A stretch of 63,006 bases of DNA, filler included, from Rhabdomonas costata (Eukaryota), in assembly GCA_019059605.1 (NCBI GenBank). It is 32 parts of 32 records of this genome, joined end to end, with 100 filler letters (N's around TTAATTAATTAA, not from the genome) between each part and the next. Parts side by side here need not be neighbours in the genome. Positions count along the whole stretch, not along the records: positions 61,136 to 63,006 come from JAHMHO010007934.1; 31 more parts are not named here. The stretch is one strand, 5' to 3'. Under the pieces are notes generated by a model. That model saw nothing but the letters and a program-made list of their open reading frames with translations. It was not told where the DNA came from and made no database searches. Of this stretch, positions 61,534-63,006 are shown piece by piece. Position numbers and translations under genes: made by a program. Position 1 is the first letter of the stretch. Each line of letters starts with the position of its first letter.

Positions 61534-63006
61534 TCACCCCAGCGTCAGCGTCGAGATTCCCCAATCCTGCGGGAGAATGTCATTCCGCCCGCATACGAAG
61601 CGGAGACAATTCACTACGCAGCTCCTGAGCGGCTCCCTCGGGGTGGCCCCCGGGCGATGCTCCCAAACCGCCCGCGCCATGGCGTGGTACACGGAGGGGT
61701 TGAGGTACCGGTACCGCTCAAATGGGTAGTACCGCATGTGCATCGCAGGCTGTAACAGGCAGGCGTACCGGCCAAGCGAGGGGCTCAGAAGGGACGGTTC
61801 CTCCACAGGGGCACCCAACCAAACCTGGGTAATAGCACAAGTTAAAAAAACGTGGCATGTCCAACAGGCCACTGCCTTTTCGTAGGGGAAAGAAGGAGCA
61901 ATTACCTACTACGACAATGAAGAGAAATTACACGCAAGTGAAGATTTGGGCCCAGATCTGTGGTCATACCTTCCCATTTTCGGAGTGACTCTGACAATTG
62001 ATGCACGATGTTAGACCGGCATCGAGGACAGATGGATCAAGGCACCTGCTTCCACAAAAGGGGGAACAATTCATATATGTGCATACGGCAAATTCCGCAA
62101 ACCTCTGCATCAAAACGACTCTGGGACCGCAGCAGATGGTTCGGGTTGAGGGCCCGCAAGTACGAGGCCCGGGCCCACCAAAAGTTGCCAGCGTAGAACG
62201 CCTCCACCTTACTAACAGTGGAGTTAGGGGGCATCCGCACCAGGTGGATGCCCACGGTGTGGTAGTGGGCCAACAAAAGCACGCACCATCGGTGCAGCCA
62301 CACCGTGGCCCAGGTCATGACTTCCCTCCAGAGGTTCTGCGACAGGGTAGTGGCGTAGCCCCCTGCACAGAGAATACCAGTAAGAAGGCCAAAAGCTCCG
62401 GGTCACATTCACGTTCAGACTTAATAATTTTGGATTGGTAGGAAACTGAAGATGAAAGCAGTGAGAAAAAGCGAGAGAAGAAAAAGAGACCGAATCGCCC
62501 TATTGCGCTGAAACTTGGGAAGCAATATGCGCACTGCGCACACGCTGCCGGTCCAGGAGCCGGCGCTGGACCCGTTTAAAACCACAGGGCTTCTATCAAA
62601 ACCAATTCCAGAAGTGGCGGTTTTTCGATCTTGCGCTTGGGACAATCACCAGTCCTCTACTGGCGGACCTCCAATGTGCGTTCAAACCTCAAACCTGGTA
62701 ACGTTCCGTTCCGTTACGCCCCACCCATCCCTCCATCAGTGCACACATCTCATTGGCGAGGCAATAGACCTCGCCGCATGGGCCGATACCAGAGCAGGAG
62801 AAGGAACAGGCGTGCGCTCGGGAGATGACCCTTGTTGTGGAGGTATAGCACCCAGTCTTGGGGGTTCCGCATGGCGTGATCCCGCAGGGCGCGCAGGGTG
62901 GGCAGCTCAAAGGTCCGCAGCGACCCCCGGTACACCACGGTGGTCCCAGCGGGAAGCCTGGGGAGGTACCCCTCGTCGCCCGCAATCCCCACGAACAGCC
63001 TGGCAT
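61534..63006 (-). CDS. Uncharacterised HxKG / GNFWWAR protein, putative RgpF-like glycosyltransferase; last three exons
   Basis: Exons 63006-62830, 62362-62103 and 61824-61534 splice to FELPTLRAL...NPQDWVLYLHNKG...LWREVM...FYAGNFWWARASYLRAL...RFDAEVWLG. Confidence 0.8.

Noticed and set aside
31558-63006. Carbamoyltransferase, RgpF-like protein and ABC transporter as a glycan-modification cluster
   Set aside because: They lie on separate contigs ordered only by length, so there is no evidence of linkage

Overview
This window is not a contiguous locus. It is 32 unrelated contigs of about 1.87 kb each, joined by identical 100-nt linkers (N44-TTAATTAATTAA-N44, which stops all six frames). Most contigs start with G/T-only and end with C/A-only bases, the footprint of K-degenerate-primer whole-genome amplification. 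The DNA is intron-rich eukaryotic nuclear sequence, most likely from a euglenozoan and probably a euglenid. Evidence for this is a kinetoplastid-like zeta-COP and NIF phosphatase, a bacterial-type FadH, relaxed GTNYG donors and several apparent GC donors. Recognisable gene fragments are: class III cyclase plus NTPase, FadH, zeta-COP, PWWP protein, NIF/SCP phosphatase, NodU-type carbamoyltransferase, midasin-like AAA, ABCG/PDR transporter, SKIP16/FBXO3-like F-box protein, Ser/Thr kinase, membrane sensor, HPRT, and an HxKG/GNFWW (RgpF-like) protein. Mobile-element remnants are Ty3/Gypsy, a tyrosine recombinase, an RLE-type non-LTR element, and a decayed J-domain-bearing element. No CRISPR array, rRNA or tRNA was seen. 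The best leads are a signal-peptide-bearing, intron-containing carbamoyltransferase, the RgpF-like protein, an HPRT with an N-terminal Cys/His motif, and a putative Ulp1-J-domain-APE retroelement. All calls come from reading motifs by eye; no database searches were run, and neighbourhoods across linkers carry no meaning.
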